A stretch of DNA of 64,000 bases from contig CM068744.1 in the NCBI GenBank assembly GCA_035084275.1, forward strand, positions 23,374,001 through 23,438,000, in the 5' to 3' direction. Below, one piece after another: positions 25,001 through 40,000 of this stretch (the stretch's first letter is position 1; each line of letters opens with the position of its first letter). The translations under genes and the position numbers were made by a program. The stretch comes from Hydrolagus colliei. Lineage: Eukaryota. The notes under the pieces were generated by a model, which saw nothing but the letters and a program-made list of their open reading frames with translations, had not been told where the DNA came from and searched no databases.

Positions 25001-28000
25001 GTATATTTTGTAGGTAAAATACGACAGGCAATTGTGCACAGTAGTGTCCCTCAAACAATCACGAATTAAGTGATCAAGTTATTATTTTTTGAAGGGATTA
25101 TTACTCCTGGAGAAGCAACCTGCCAATTGATTAACAACCAGATTCCTACTTACTGCTAGGCGAAGAGAGGTGTATGGAAACTTCCCATTTTTTTTCCTGC
25201 CTGGGAATTGAAACCATGTCCTTCGCTTCTGAGGCAAGTCATCTAACCACTAAACTACAGGACTCCAGATGGGTATCTGACACATGTGAAGCACCACCAC
25301 CATAGTATCCAAACCAGAGTAAGAGTTCTACATGTGTATGACCATTGCCTAGAATGTCACTTTTGAAGCCAGCCCAGCTCCAAGGAGACCCCAATTACCA
25401 ATCCCCAAAGGAGGTCTTTTGACGTTCATCAAGTACAGATTGAATAATCACTAGATAGACTGGAGATACCAGAAAGTCCCTGCAAGCTTTCTGATGAGCT
25501 TTTAACATTGGTAGCCAGTGTTCGCTCGTATTATTTTGGTTCAGGATGAAGTGTGAATGTTTAATTACAGCTAGCTCAGCTCCAAGTAGACCCCATTTAC
25601 CTACCAGCAATGAAGTGAATAGAAATGATTGGGTAATCTGATAATTTGTATTTCAAAATTTATTTATTTAGGATCAAGGACGCGATGCCACACTGACGTG
25701 GATGGCTGGTGTTAATGGAGATTTGGAAAAGCAAGGCTGTCATCCTTTCTATGAGATCCTCATTGATGATTCATTCACTGACAAAGTAAGTCTAATTACA
25801 AATGAAGGAGAAGGGAATAGAAGGGTGTGAGAGAGAGTAATGCATGGGTGGGGTCTCATGTGGAGTAGAAATACAGTAGAAATCTGGTTTGCGGTCACCT
25901 CGATAATCTAGCCACCTCACGTTTTCAGTTTCTTTCATTGTCAATGTTAAAAGATAGGCTGTCTGCTTTAGTAAACCGGACACCTAATTATTCACAACAA
26001 GTGAATAATTAGGAGAGCTGAATAATATAAACAGCATAAATAGCTTAACAAATCTGGACGAATTTGGAGGGTGAGCTAAGGAGTAGTGAGTGATTATAAT
26101 GTAGACAACAAAAATAAATGTTTTTTGGAACTAAAGCCATCATATGTACAAACTGAGTAGATCTTCAACCTTATAAGTAGTGGAAAAGAATTTGGGATTG
26201 ATTTATTCACTCACTGAAGGTTTTAGGCTTTGAAGCTGCTGTGACCAAAGCTAATCAAGTACTTAATTGTATCTTGAGGCATTTCATTATAACTCACTTT
26301 GTGATAGCTGTGAGACCACATTTGGAATGTTAGATGTAGTTTTGGACACCCAATCTTAAAAAGGAGAATTTAGACAAGTTAGAGAAGCAGTATTCTGGAA
26401 GAATGAGATCAAGTGGTCTGAAGTACCTTCTTCATCCAAACATCTCTTGTGAGTTTAAACAAGGATGATTTGGGGAGGTGGAGAACCATGTTAAAATCAG
26501 AGGCTTACACAACCGAATTAGATGTCATGGGTTGGGTCGGGCGGCGGGAGAGAACGGCTTTAACGTTATCCAGACGTTTGGACGGAAGAGGCATAAAATG
26601 AGGTAGATGTAAACTAGCTATTTGACTTGACAATTAAAGATGAGAAAATTTGGTCTGTCACTGTTCTGTCCCCACCCTATGTAAAAGATGATCAACAAAA
26701 AAACTTAGATGCTATGTTGATTGGTTTGATTGGTTTGAAGAAATTCATTATACTTCAAATTCATATTTGAGGATATGTATGGAAATACGATAAGTAATTA
26801 GTCTTATTGGCCAGAAAGCTTTCTTTGGTGGCAGGAGCCACGGTGGGGTCAATGTTGTCTTTGGAGCTACAGTCTAGGTTTGAATAGTGGATATTTGGAG
26901 ATGAACATTATTTCTGGAGGTTCACCAAGTGAGTCTATTTTAATACACTTTCACAAAATGTGAATTTTGTTCTGATTTTTGCATTGTGCTCTGCACTATT
27001 CACTGAGCATGCATTGCAGCTGGCTCACACACTTTGGCCAGCTAACACACTAAAATTGCCAACATTTTAACTTTCCTAAAAATGGTTAATTTCTGGGCTA
27101 TCAGGTTGATGCCAACGTCACTTCTTACTTTTCACATGTACAGAAAACAGAATTTGAAGTCATTGTTGACTCAATGAACCCGAGGTTAATCTTTTTTTAT
27201 TTTATTTTATTGCAAGAACCAGCTGGCAGGCAGGGAAGGAACCAGCTGGCAGGCAGGGAAGGAACCAGCAGGCTGTGCACATATGTAGTGAAACTAATAT
27301 TTGTACCTTGGTATAATGTAGGATGGGATTTTTTGACCACTATGAAGTGGATAAAATGGCACCTCTGTCCCAGATACTAACTGCTTAAAATCGAATGCTG
27401 AGTTTGCTGATCTTAGGTGGGTTGCATGGGAGGCTAATGCTACATGGTCCTTTTCAAAAAGATCGAAGAGGGTAGAACCAGCTAGGTTTCCTGTTTCTGA
27501 TCCCTCTGCAGGTATTACCCAGTAAGAATATCATAAAATTGTAGAGTGCAGGGAGAGGACATTTGGCCAATCAAGCCTGCAACAGCTATCGGACTATTTG
27601 ATACACATTTCAGAAAACAGGAGGAATATTTTGGATATTTTCTTTGGAAAAGCAATATAATTTTTAGTTTTGCAATGGTAGATTGGAATCGATTTATTTA
27701 ATGATTAAGGATTATGGAGGCTTTGAAGTTTTTTTTCTCTTTAACAAAATTCTTCAGTGAAATACCTCATGACTATCAATGAGTATAAAAAGCATAATGT
27801 AGAATGAAATGTGTTTCTGTAGAACCAAGGTACATACAGAAGAAGGAAGTTTATTGAAAACGAGGAGTAAAGCAATGTTACTGCATTGCCTACGGCAGCA
27901 AATTAGATTGTTGACCAAATAAGTGTTTTAGAAGTAGAGAAGCATTAAAAGTGCTACATAGAGTGTTCTCTATCTGTAGGATGCCCAATGTCACAATTCA

Positions 28001-31000
28001 TTGAAATGTCATAAATCATCTTTTAAGTGTGGATACTTCTCCAATTGATACACAGTGAACTCTATATAGACTTGAAGCATCAAATTCAGGCTTTTATTTA
28101 TAAATTAAGCAACATAGAGAAAAAAAATCATATGATGTGAAATTGCAGAATCTTGGACAAAGAAGAAATAACACATCATAGATTGTTGCACAAAAAAAAA
28201 AATGTTTTCTTTAACAAAAACAAATCATAAACAACTTTAAAAAGGTGCAGAAGTGCAGTTTCTGTACAGGAATGTTTTTTGATTGACATTTGTTCTTTCA
28301 AGTTTTGCAGCAGGAGTATTTCCAAACAGTAGAAAATTGAGGTCAACAGTTTGCAGCGAAACTAAAATATTCAAAATCAAATTTTCACAGAAACAAACAA
28401 GAAAGTCTCAGCCAACAGTTTAGTGCTTGTTACAATTTAACATGAATAGAATCTTCACACTGTCTTCTGTCAGGCTTCGTCTGTTGTCTTTAAAGAGGTC
28501 TGAATAAACAGAAATTGACCTTTCTGCAGTAGTGCTTAATGATTGCCAAATGTACTTCTTTGTAATTTTATTTGTGGCTCACGATTAGCTTCTCACCATA
28601 TTGCCATGTTGTAGTTAGCTGGGGTAGTTTCTGCAACTGCTTTGTAGGCATGCCATTCAAATTTTGAAACACTTGAAAGGACAGGAATGAATCATATCAC
28701 TTCATAGGTCCTTTCTTCATCCAGTGCTGCTAGTTGGTGAGGATCAAACATATGAGCTGCATTGTAGTTATTAATTGATGAGTTTCTATTTGCAAAATCA
28801 ACTTCACTGTACTCTTACATGCGTCTCTGGAAAAGATTGACACGTCTCTCACTCTCAAAAGACTTTCTTTTTTTGTCTGTACTTCTATGCTCTAATGTGG
28901 CACACAAATCAAGTAACAAATGTAGGGTTTGTACCCACAAATATAGATTGTGGCCCTGAGGCACATCTTTTGCCCAAAATTCTTCAATCAGGTTCACAAG
29001 CTCAGATGAGTGCTCTGTCTTTGTTCAAGAGAGTTTGGAATTTGATTGAACCTGAACCTGATTGAAGAATTTGACTGATGAAGCATCTATAGAATCCTGT
29101 AGCTTGGTGGTTAGAGCACTCGCCTTTCAAGCGTGAGACCTGTGTTCGAATCCAGGCAGGTCAGGGTGAAACCTTGGGCAAGTTTCCTTACTCCACACTC
29201 CTAATCCCTCAAATAATCCCTCAAAAAAATTATAAAATCGGTCATTTCATTCCACGACTGTTTGTGGGACACTGCTGTATGCAATTGGCTGCCACGTTTC
29301 ACCCACAAATATACAGTCAATTAACTTTACAGTATATTCTGTGAAGCGCTTTGAGACATTTAGATGTAAAAAGTGCTATATCAAGTGCAAGGATTATTAT
29401 TATTATTATTATTATCTGGTGCAGTTCAAATACCCGCCAGCAAATGCATGTCAGGAGCCACTTTGCCACGTCAAGCACCAAAGCCCAGACAAACATCGAA
29501 CAAACCGCTAGTGAATCTATTTCTATATTTTTTTTAATCATAGTGAACTTCCTGAAGAGCATGAATGTTACATTTTCAAAATGGCATTTGGGAGATGAGG
29601 AAATGTAGTGTCAACAAAAGCTGCCACAAAGGTACACAGATCATGTATTAAAATAGGAGCAATATTATTAATTGAATAATTAATGGTGTTTGAGCCACTA
29701 AGACAAAGTAGAAAGGGAAATTGATCGGTCTGTGAAGCTGATTGGTTGGTTAGAAACTGATAGAACAAGGAGATCCATCCTGTAGGTTAGAGACTTAAGG
29801 CGAAACAGAAGAAGAAAGAGGAATTATTGGACAAGCTGGAAGTACTTTGGGAAAAGAGTGGAAATAGAGAATCTGACAGCTTGGCACGAAAGAGATGTAA
29901 TTATATAATGCAATAAACACTTTTGCCTCCTACATTTTGCTGGTATATTGAAGAGATGAGAGAACCTCAAACCACACCAGCTGTGGCACCACATGCCATT
30001 GAAAAAGGTGCAATAGAGCAAATTCCAATGGGATGCATGAAATGATAACTTAGAAAATTGCATGAGTGGGCAGTTTGGAATTAAATCAGCAGTTAGATGA
30101 AAGAACAAATTGTGTTTTTCTAGTGCCTATATTGTCGAAACATCTCACAGTAATTGCTTTCCTGTATAGTGATTTTTTTTATAGACAAATGTAGCCTTTT
30201 TGCGGAAAAAAAAGCACAGCGGTATCTCACAACAGTCTTGAGGTTAATGACCAATTTATCTGTGGAATATTTTGTGTGTTTAAATCTATTCTATAACCTT
30301 TGTATCTGGCCTCATTTGAGTCTTTCTGAGTTTTAGAATTTTTGAGCTTTGTACTTTCTGAGCTGTGTATCTCTGCCTGAAAATATTAATAGAGAATATA
30401 ATCATAAGTAAAGACTGAGATGAACAATGATGATACCATGCTGCTGGAGAAATGTTTCTCCCAGTGGCCTGGCTAGCAATCCCCCAGATAATATTTGTCA
30501 TTCACTTCATGTGTATTTGTCAGAAATAGGTTATAAAACAAACACGCTTTCCAAACTAGGCTTTTCAGTTATAAATAAAACATTTTTTCAAAACTTGGCT
30601 TTCCAAAATGTTATATTTCTTATATAGAAAAGCAGCTCTATTTTCAATTATCAGAATTATTTTATTGAAAGTTGCCATTTTGAAAAAACTCGTTTCCCCA
30701 AAACTGACAATTTTGCGTAAGTTCAAAGTCAACTTTGACTCTTCAAATCAATAAAAAGATTTTACTTTTAAAAAAAAATGTATGTTTTAAAGATTTTTAA
30801 AAGGTATTGTGCGGGTGCTGAAGAATGAAATCATTTTGTACTTTTACCAAATAAAATATATTTAAAATGTATCAAACATAAATAGGAGATGGGCAATGTA
30901 TTGCGCTTTTTAAGTGAAATCTTTGTGGATTTCACACATTTTTATCAACAAACCCCTGAGGCGTTAAGGAGACTTATGGATTTTGTTCAGTACTTGTAAC

Positions 31001-34000
31001 CTGGATGTCACACAGCATTGCAAACCAAATGAATAAAGTAGAGTAAAGCTGTGCAGTGGCAGAAGAAAGCTGTATCTATGTTGTATATTGGCATTCCATA
31101 AAGTTATTTGGTTTAAATATAACTTATTGTTGCCGCAAACATATAGCCAGCAATTTGCTGGATACTTTGTGCTGAAAGTTCTGTGCCAAAAGAAGCAGAC
31201 TGGTTTGAGATTGTCTGTAACTGTAACTGCTTTCCGGTTGTGTATACAGTAAACTCTCAGTTTATCAGATTCCGAGTATCCGGAATTCAGACCTATCTGG
31301 ACCAGGCCCGAAACGGAAAAATAGAAGCAATTTCCGCAAGCCCAGGCACATCAGACTCCAGCCGGCCCTCTCTGCGAGTGCAGGCTCCTGTCTCGCAGTC
31401 TTTGCAACCTTTCAGCACCCAGGGAAATAAATTTTGACTCAGTTTGAGTCCCGCGAGCAGAAGATAACTTATTCAGGATCTTCTGCTTGAGGGATTCAAA
31501 AATTACAATGCCAGAACCAGCATTTACCGGCATTTTGCTACACTCAAAAAAACTAGCGACACAAAAGCCGGTAACTGACAGTACGAGCATTGTAATTATA
31601 CTTAGACAGTGATTCTGGTACGTCAGACTGGAACCCCCCCCTCCCCCCACCTCATTGGTCCAGCTGGCCAGGGTTTTAGTGCATTCCTCAGAATAAAGGA
31701 GGTGAAGGAGTGATCATAGAGAGCAAACCCTTCGTCAGAACTGGGGCATGTTGGGAAAACAAACAAAACAAAGAGGTGAGGAAATTGCCAAAGAATAGGC
31801 AGATCAGATGATTGCAGAAGAGGGGGGAGATGAGCTGTTATGGCCCGAAGTTATTGAAATCAATATTAAGGTCAGAGGTCTGTAAAGTCCCTAGTTCTGT
31901 TCTTCAGTGCGTGTTCTTTGGCAATTTCCCCCTCTTTGTTTTAAAGTTATTAACACCTCTTTTCCAGTTTTATTGCAATTCCCCCTTTTGTTTCACAACA
32001 TTAACCCATCATCTCCTGCCCTCTACCCCATTTTCTCATTGGTCTTCCTTACCCTGCCTCTCCCTCTCTGTTTATTCTTAAAGCCTCTCCCTCCCAATAT
32101 ACCCCAGTTTTGACGAACGGGCGTGGACCCAAAATGTTGACCTGCTTTTCCTTTCTCCATAGATGCTGCCTGACCTGCTGAGTGTTGCCAGCAATTTCTG
32201 TTTTTGTTTCACATTTCCAGCATCCGCAGTATTTTGCGGTGTTGACATTCTCCCTATGTGAAAGGTTCTACACAAAATGTAATTTGTTATTGTTGCTGCT
32301 GCAGTTGAAATTGTTTTGCAGTCCAGTCATTGGATTGTGACCCAGAATAGCCTGGTCTTGCAGTTAGGAGAGGAAGCTTGGTTATAAAGAGGCGGACATT
32401 TAGATCAAATACGTACATTCTAAAGTTTTATTTTCCCCACTACTTTGTTTCCAACAGAATGAAGTGAGTTACGCTGATTACCAACACAGTGCTTTAGAGA
32501 ACTTTGCAGAAGTCTTACTGAGAGCAGGGAAACTGGCTGAAACCAAAAGTGAAGGAGAAAGCCTTTTTCCTGCCACAGAAGGTAAATATTTATGTTAATG
32601 TAAAATATTCAGAAAATATATCACCAGCTTTTACAACGCATTCAGCTTTCAACCTTTTTTTTTTAGCTTTTATGTGGGATGTCGTCAATAATAGTCTATT
32701 CACTAAAATACTGGAAAAATAATTTTAAAAAGTATATAATATTTTTCAATATAATTAAGCAGATAGATTCTATTGGACATCACATGATGAAATGCCACTG
32801 TGCTGCACGTTGACATTATTTGTCCTGATGGTACAATTCTAGGAGTGAAGATATGTGAGTATTACTATGAGACCCAAGCAGTGTGTACCAGAGCTGAATA
32901 TAGTTACTGAAAATCAAAACTGAGGGTTGCTGCAGATTGTCACGGTTAAAGAAAATTAGTGGAGAATTATTCGGGCAATAAAATGCAGGAAAAGGGGTTG
33001 ATAATCATAATGAATTTTCCCCAGAATCAAAGTGAAACAAACATAAAGGTTCCCTAACAAGCGATAGATGTTTCACTCTGGTTTCATTCAACTAACACTG
33101 ATTGCATCTTGATCCAGCAAGTTTAAAAGGGGAAATAGGAAAGTATATACCAAAACTGCATATAGTTGAATCTTCAATCTGTATTGTCTGGAGCTGCCTA
33201 CCTTGTCAAACATGTTTTCCACAGGTGCTCTAGATACTATTTCTGAAGCAATGAAAAGGTGAGATCAGATTCCCTGGGAAACATAACCTGCTATGCCCCC
33301 ATTAACGAGCAATCTAGATGCATCTGTTCTGTAACGGAACATACAACCTGTAATGCCTCCAGCAATGGACAATCTTATTTACAAATAGTCCTCCCTGAAT
33401 TCTTGAGAGAAAGTGGAAGTCTAAGTTAATCACTTTCTTAATTTGTTATAGTGTTACTGGTGGTGTAAAAGCTGATTTCTCACGTGGAATAAATCAAGCA
33501 CTGTGCCATTAGGAGCCTAGAGGCAGAACACATATTAACACATATGTAAAAAGTTGGTATACAACACTGTTGTACTTGATTAATTTAGTATTTCATAAAT
33601 ATATGGTTGTCCATTGGAATCTCTAAGCCTCCACCACCATCTGCATATCTACTCACTTTGGAGATTTCTACTTTGACAGCAGTAGCTTTTTTAAAAAAAA
33701 AAGCACCTGTGTTACAAATTCTTTACCTTTATCGGCTCATCAAGTTTGAGGACAGAGTCGTTAAGAATCTCTCCTGAAAACTGTCATAAATTCAGTTTTT
33801 CCCAATAGTTGCCATTCAAAAAACCCAATAATAAATTGGTCATTTTCAAATCCATGACTGCTTGTCGAACACTGATGTGCACAATTGACTGCTGCATTTC
33901 ATCCACGAATATATAGTCAATTCACTTGATATCTATGAAGCGCTTTGAAACATCTGGAAGACATGAAAAGCGCTAAATAAAATGTAATGATTATTGTTTA

Positions 34001-37000
34001 TCTCTTATCTTACTTGACACAAGATACACTTTTTTTTGTCAATTATGTGTTCATAATAATAAAAACTTGAAACATAATACACCAATTTGGGTTCCATAGG
34101 GCCATGTTCTTGCGCTGAGGACAGACTTTAGTCAAAACACGCTTCCCTGTTTGTCTAACACAATCAGGCTTATTTCCATATTGATATATTGTGTGCTACA
34201 CTTATCACTTATTCTTACCAGAACCAATGGGAGGAAGATTAGATGTGGGCATAGAGATAAACTCTAATTGGAAATGAACCAACTATCTGGCTGTAATGTA
34301 TACTCAGGCTGGACAATTGGTTAATTTCAAAGAGATTAGGCATACTCACCCGCTCTAAGCTTCGCTCCCCCATTACCCCAGTCCTTGCCAGACTTCACTG
34401 GCTCCCTATCCCAGAGAGGATCGACTTCAAGATCCTCACCCTTGTTTTCAAATCTCCACTCCTCTGCACGCCCTCATCTCTCTGATCTCCTCTCCCCCCA
34501 ACCCAGCACCCGCTGCCTTCGCTCCTCTGGGTCTGGCCTCCTCCATGTCCCCCGAATCCTCCGCTCCATCCTCGGCGGCCGTGCCTTTAGCCACTACGCC
34601 CTGAGGCTCTGGAACTCCCTTCCTCACTCCCTTCGCCTCACCCTCTCTCTTCCCAGTTTCAGGTCACAGTTGAAGACCTTTCTCTTCGACCGAGTTTTGG
34701 GTCACCTTTCTGCCCTGCCCCTGGCTCGGTCCCGGGATCCGCTATTGTGAAGTGCTCTGAGACGCCGTCCGGCGTGGAGGGCGCTATATAAATCGAAGTT
34801 GTTGTTGTCTACTTTGTGCTGAGAAAGAGCTCATCTAACTAAAAAGGCTCAGTGGATAAGGTTACAGCACTAAGCCATCCAGTGGCTTAGTCTTACTATA
34901 AAAAAGTTGAATCCAACTTTCCGAGGCTTCCTGCTCTACACTTGGGTAATAACATCCCCATGGCTAGGAATGAATAGGTGATAGTTAAAGTTCCTGCTTC
35001 TATTGCTATCCAGTAAGGATGCCTGGAATGTGCATATGTGTGATAATCGGGAAAGAGTAGAATTGGGCTTGGGTGAGATGCAGCAGTCAAATTAGGCTGC
35101 TGACATTTGCTGCCCCTGTTGAGCTATGCAGAGCAAGACCACAATAGCAAGATGTCAGAAAAAAACTAATACTTGTGGGACCATATCTATTTCTACAAGA
35201 GTGGAAGGGAGAGTGTGGGTGGGGGGTGGTGGGGGCAATAAAAACAAAATGACTTGCATTGTCTTGTATTGTGGGATTTGTATATTAGAAATTGTTTGGA
35301 AAATGTTTAATTCTTGCTTTTTGTTTGATTAGAACTGATTAGAACTGATAAATTTACACCCTAATACCCAGGCATTTTCTTGAAATTAGAACTGTTCATT
35401 ATGAAAATTCGAAATGATTTTAATACAGCAGAATTGATTGCCATGTATAGACATTGTTTATTCAATGCATTTATCCCAATTCTATTGCTTATTCAGCTGG
35501 TTAAATTGAAGAAGTATTTTTGTTTCTAAATGCAACACTGCAAATGCAACCATTGTACTGAGACACAATTAGAAGAGTAACTCCATCAATCCAAACTATT
35601 TATTTTAAATTATTCAGTTCATTAAAGCATATATTTATGTACTGATTACAAAAAAAGCTGAAAAACATATTATCCAACCTAATGTTGTTAATAAAATCTA
35701 GAAGGCATATTTCATTCTGGTATTAGGATGGTACATTCTTGGAATATATCATCACTGTTCAGTGCATTCCAAACATTTAATTATTCTTTAATTGGCAGCC
35801 GTTAAGATGACAATGGAGTGCCTGGAACTAAAGTGGCACTCCTGTCATGTTCAGTCAATCATGCTTCGATGAAGAGCCACTTACATTTGAGAGTTGAACT
35901 CCTAAATGCATTCACTAATAAGGTCACTTCCTGAGAACATTAATTGTTTATGACACTAGTACTAATTTGTTCCTCCTGCAAAGCTTTCTGTTGCTCTAGG
36001 TTTCTGATGAAGCCTATCGAACATCAAGTTCTTTATGACTCTTAACTCTCTTCAACTGAATGTAAATAAAACCAAAGGCAGCTTGCTTCCCTTCACCCGA
36101 AGATTTCTTGCCTTCGGCTCTAAACTCATTAACGCCCCTCCCCCGCCCCCCCCCCTTCCCCTCCAGCTGCCGTTGACCTTCAGCTCCTTTAAACATCTAA
36201 CCAAGACAGACTATCTCTGCTTTTAGGACATTGCCTACTCTGTCCTTCCTCACATTCCAAGATAAAACTCTTATTTACACCATCTCCTAGACTTAATTTC
36301 CCTAATGCTTTCCACATTATCTCTATCCTTCTGAAGCTTCAGCTAATATAGAACTCCATAGTCTATATCATATCTTGCACTAGGCTTCCCTCGCCCTCAT
36401 CCATCACTTCATCCTCGCCAGATTCTCTATTTCCCAGCAGATTGATATCAAGATTCTTGTACTGGGCATTAAATCCCCTCACACTGTCGCTACTCCCTAG
36501 CTATACAATCTCCTGTTCCAATCTCCAACCAACTGCTTTCACTCTACAAATCTATTTTTTAAATAACTTGACTGATTTCTTACAAGTTCATAGTCTTGCT
36601 TTCAAAGATATTGGAAGAAAAATTAGCAGATTAACAACCTAATAACTAGTAACCCATAAATAAGAATAATAATCCTTGCCATTTGATACAGCGCCTTATC
36701 ATATCGCCAAGACCTCTTAAATCGCTTCAGAGAATATACTGTACTGTAAAGTATAGTAACTATTATTAGTGGGCATAACATAAACAATTTAACTACCTAG
36801 ATGGACATCTGATCCTGCTTCACATTATAATTGAGTCATCAGTAACAATTGTTGATTCTTGCTGGTACCCAGGGATTGTAGTGGACACCCAATGATTGCT
36901 TGTACAGCACGCGGAAGGGGTGAATAGCACTCTGATCATGCAGCTGTCTCTCAAGGACAGCAAGGGCCCAATGCAGCTCAAGCTAGTGACATAAAACTTA

Positions 37001-40000
37001 CGTAAACAATTTTCCTTTATGTGCTGAGCTCCTGGGAATGCAGCGGAAAGGTTCCCTATGGCTCATATGTGAGCACTGAAAACCCTGGAGGTGGAGTCAG
37101 CTACACAGTGCAGACATCTGCTTACAAAAGCCCATCATAGAATAATAATAGTACAGTACTTGGATTATGCAGCTGATGCTAGTAAGTCTGGTACATGGCA
37201 TTGGACAAGGATCTCATCAAAATCAAGATGGCTGGCATGGCACAAGCTGTTCTCTAAAGGTCCCCCCCCATTGTGCTGAAGGCAGATGTTAGTTATTGAG
37301 GAAACCGAGAGTTTGGATGACAGCTGCTGGGATGCATGGAACTCTTTGGTTTGATCCTCTGAGCATTGTGATAGATTGCCGCATGTGTCAGACACCCAGC
37401 TGATTCCCTTCCCAAATCTTTACATTTATTATAAATCAACCTTTATAAGTATGTGTGTTGGGCCACTGGGTTCCCCATCACAGAATTTCTGATTTCCATT
37501 CCAGGAGAAATCAGCTTTATCACCACCAGTAAGACTGAGGGGGGAAAAAAGTTGTGTGTTTTTTTTGTGAGCCAATAGTGCAATTATCTCTGAGTTCAAG
37601 AGCTATCTCCCTTGTTATGCAACTAGCTGTCAAGAATGTAATCAGGACCATGACTTTCAAGGCTATGACCATGGATATGCCATAGATTAAGAAAATTATG
37701 TAAGTTTTTTGCAAAGCGCTTTGTCAAAATAATCCAGTCATCAAATTGAATGTTTTCTATTGTTGATCTAAAATTAATTTTGTACTGCTAGATTAAGCAC
37801 TTTTAATTCAAAATACAAGATTAATATTGACTTCCACTGTAAGAGGCTAATTATTTTAATGGAATTCTTGTTGCATTCAGTTACAATGACAGTTAGAATC
37901 TAGGGCATGTTTTTTTTAACAGATTTACAATAAAGCTTTTACTTGAGTGTTACTGTATTGTAGCCTATTTGAGAATTTCTGATCTTGTTTCCTTTTCTTT
38001 TGTTTACTTTTGTTTTGACAGTTCTTTTACAACTAGCCAGTGATGCTTTACCAAAGGATATGACTCTGGCTCTAGCCTATCTTCTGGCCCTCCCACAGGT
38101 ATGGTTCTCTAGGGTATATCATGGAGATCTAACCAGGATGAAATGTTATAAAACCTTTTACTTGTGTATTTTGTAAATATCTCCGGATTATTTGAAAAAA
38201 ATGATTAAGGATTTCTATTTTGAATACAAATTCTGTACCGTGATACACAACGAGATTCTACTTCATATTGGTATTACCGAGGCCAGGGGAGATGTAGAAT
38301 GCTCTTTTTAGCTGAACAAAAGTGGACATATTGTAGTAATACACATATTTGGTGAGTTTGAGAATTACGCCCAAGAGGTTGGAGGCAGAGTTGAGGAGAT
38401 GTTGGCGGGAACTGAAGAAAATAGCTTCCTTCCTAGTTCATTTTAAGCTGCAGAGAATTGATGCTCATCCAGACCTTAATGTCTGACAGACAAGCAGACA
38501 GAACAATAGTGAACAACAAAATTACATTTGTATAACACCTTTCAAGTCAGGAGGAAGTCCCAAGGCTCTAGACAGTCACTGTTTCAGATCCGGGGTGGGG
38601 GAGGAGGTTGGGGGAAGGGGGCTTTAGGAGTTGCCGATGGGTCCATCGAAAAGGAGAGTCTTGAGGCGAGACTTGAAGGAGACCAAGGAGGGGGCGAGGC
38701 AGAGGGACTGCAAGATGGAGTTCCAGAGGTTGGGGACAGGGTGGCGAAAGACTCGCCCAGCAATGGTGGGGCAGGCAGCCAGAGCCTGCTGAGCGGAGTG
38801 AGCAAGTTAGTAAGGGGTTAGGAGTATCTTGAGGTTGTCCCTGAGAAGTCCAAAGACTTTTGTGCTTTACAACACCCAAGCGCCTAAAAAACAAACCACA
38901 GTAATAAAAAAAATGGTCATTTCAATCCACGACTGTTTGTGGGATACTGCTGTGCGCAATTGGCTGCCGCGTTTTGCCCACAAATATACAGTCAATTCAC
39001 TTTACAGTATATTCTGTGAAGTGCTTTGAGACAACAATAAAATGTGAAAAGCACTATATCAGATTTTAAGGATTAATATTGTTTATTTACTATATTTCCA
39101 GCTGTAGTGAATTCTAAAGGTCTGTGCAATATCAATATTGTGCTACTTTGAGTCTTGCAACCGATGTCACTTAACACGTCAGCACTATATCTTCGGACAA
39201 TTGAGATTAAAATGCAATTCTCAGCAAAACTGACAAAGTGAGGTCGAAGATTGACCCTCGAAGGTTGCATCTCCACTTAATGCCTCATGGCACAATATAT
39301 ATAAAAAAGCAAAGTAACCATTTTAAGTATTAAATGAATCAAACGCAGCAGTTCAAAAGCTCTGACATAGCCCTGCTCAAAACAAGATCTGCAGGCCATT
39401 CCGCCCTTGTAGCCTGTTCCGCCATTTGATTAGATCATGGCTGATCTGTGCCTCAACTGGTACATTCAATTCCAATTTCCCACTTTTCTCCCTTAATCCC
39501 CTTAATCCTCATTTCCCTTAATCCCACTTCCATGACTATTTGTGGGACACTGCTATGCGCAATTTGGCTGCCGCGTTTCGCCCACAAATATAGTCAATTT
39601 TCCTATTATTTTTCTTCGTCCTGCCCCTCCCCCTCCCCCCATGCTCTTGTCCCTACCTAACTGTACAGCGCCTTGGGACATCCTCTCGACGTGAAAGGTG
39701 CTATATAAATGTAAATTTTGATTAATTGATTGAATCCAAGGTGGTGATTCCTAAGCAGACAGGTCCCCAGACTCCAGGGAACTGCTGATGACAGCACAGC
39801 CAGCCTGGCTCATCGGTAGCACCTGGACAGGCAGATCAGTGACTGGGGATTGGGAATCCTTTTACTTAACTCCTTATTACCCTGCAAGTCAAAGCATTAA
39901 TGCGTGTGGTGGTCTCAGCTACACAAGCAGTGGACAATTTTGTTAGGCAACCCTATCAATGGCAAGCTATGCAGTATTAGCTTCATAAGACTCCAGCAGT

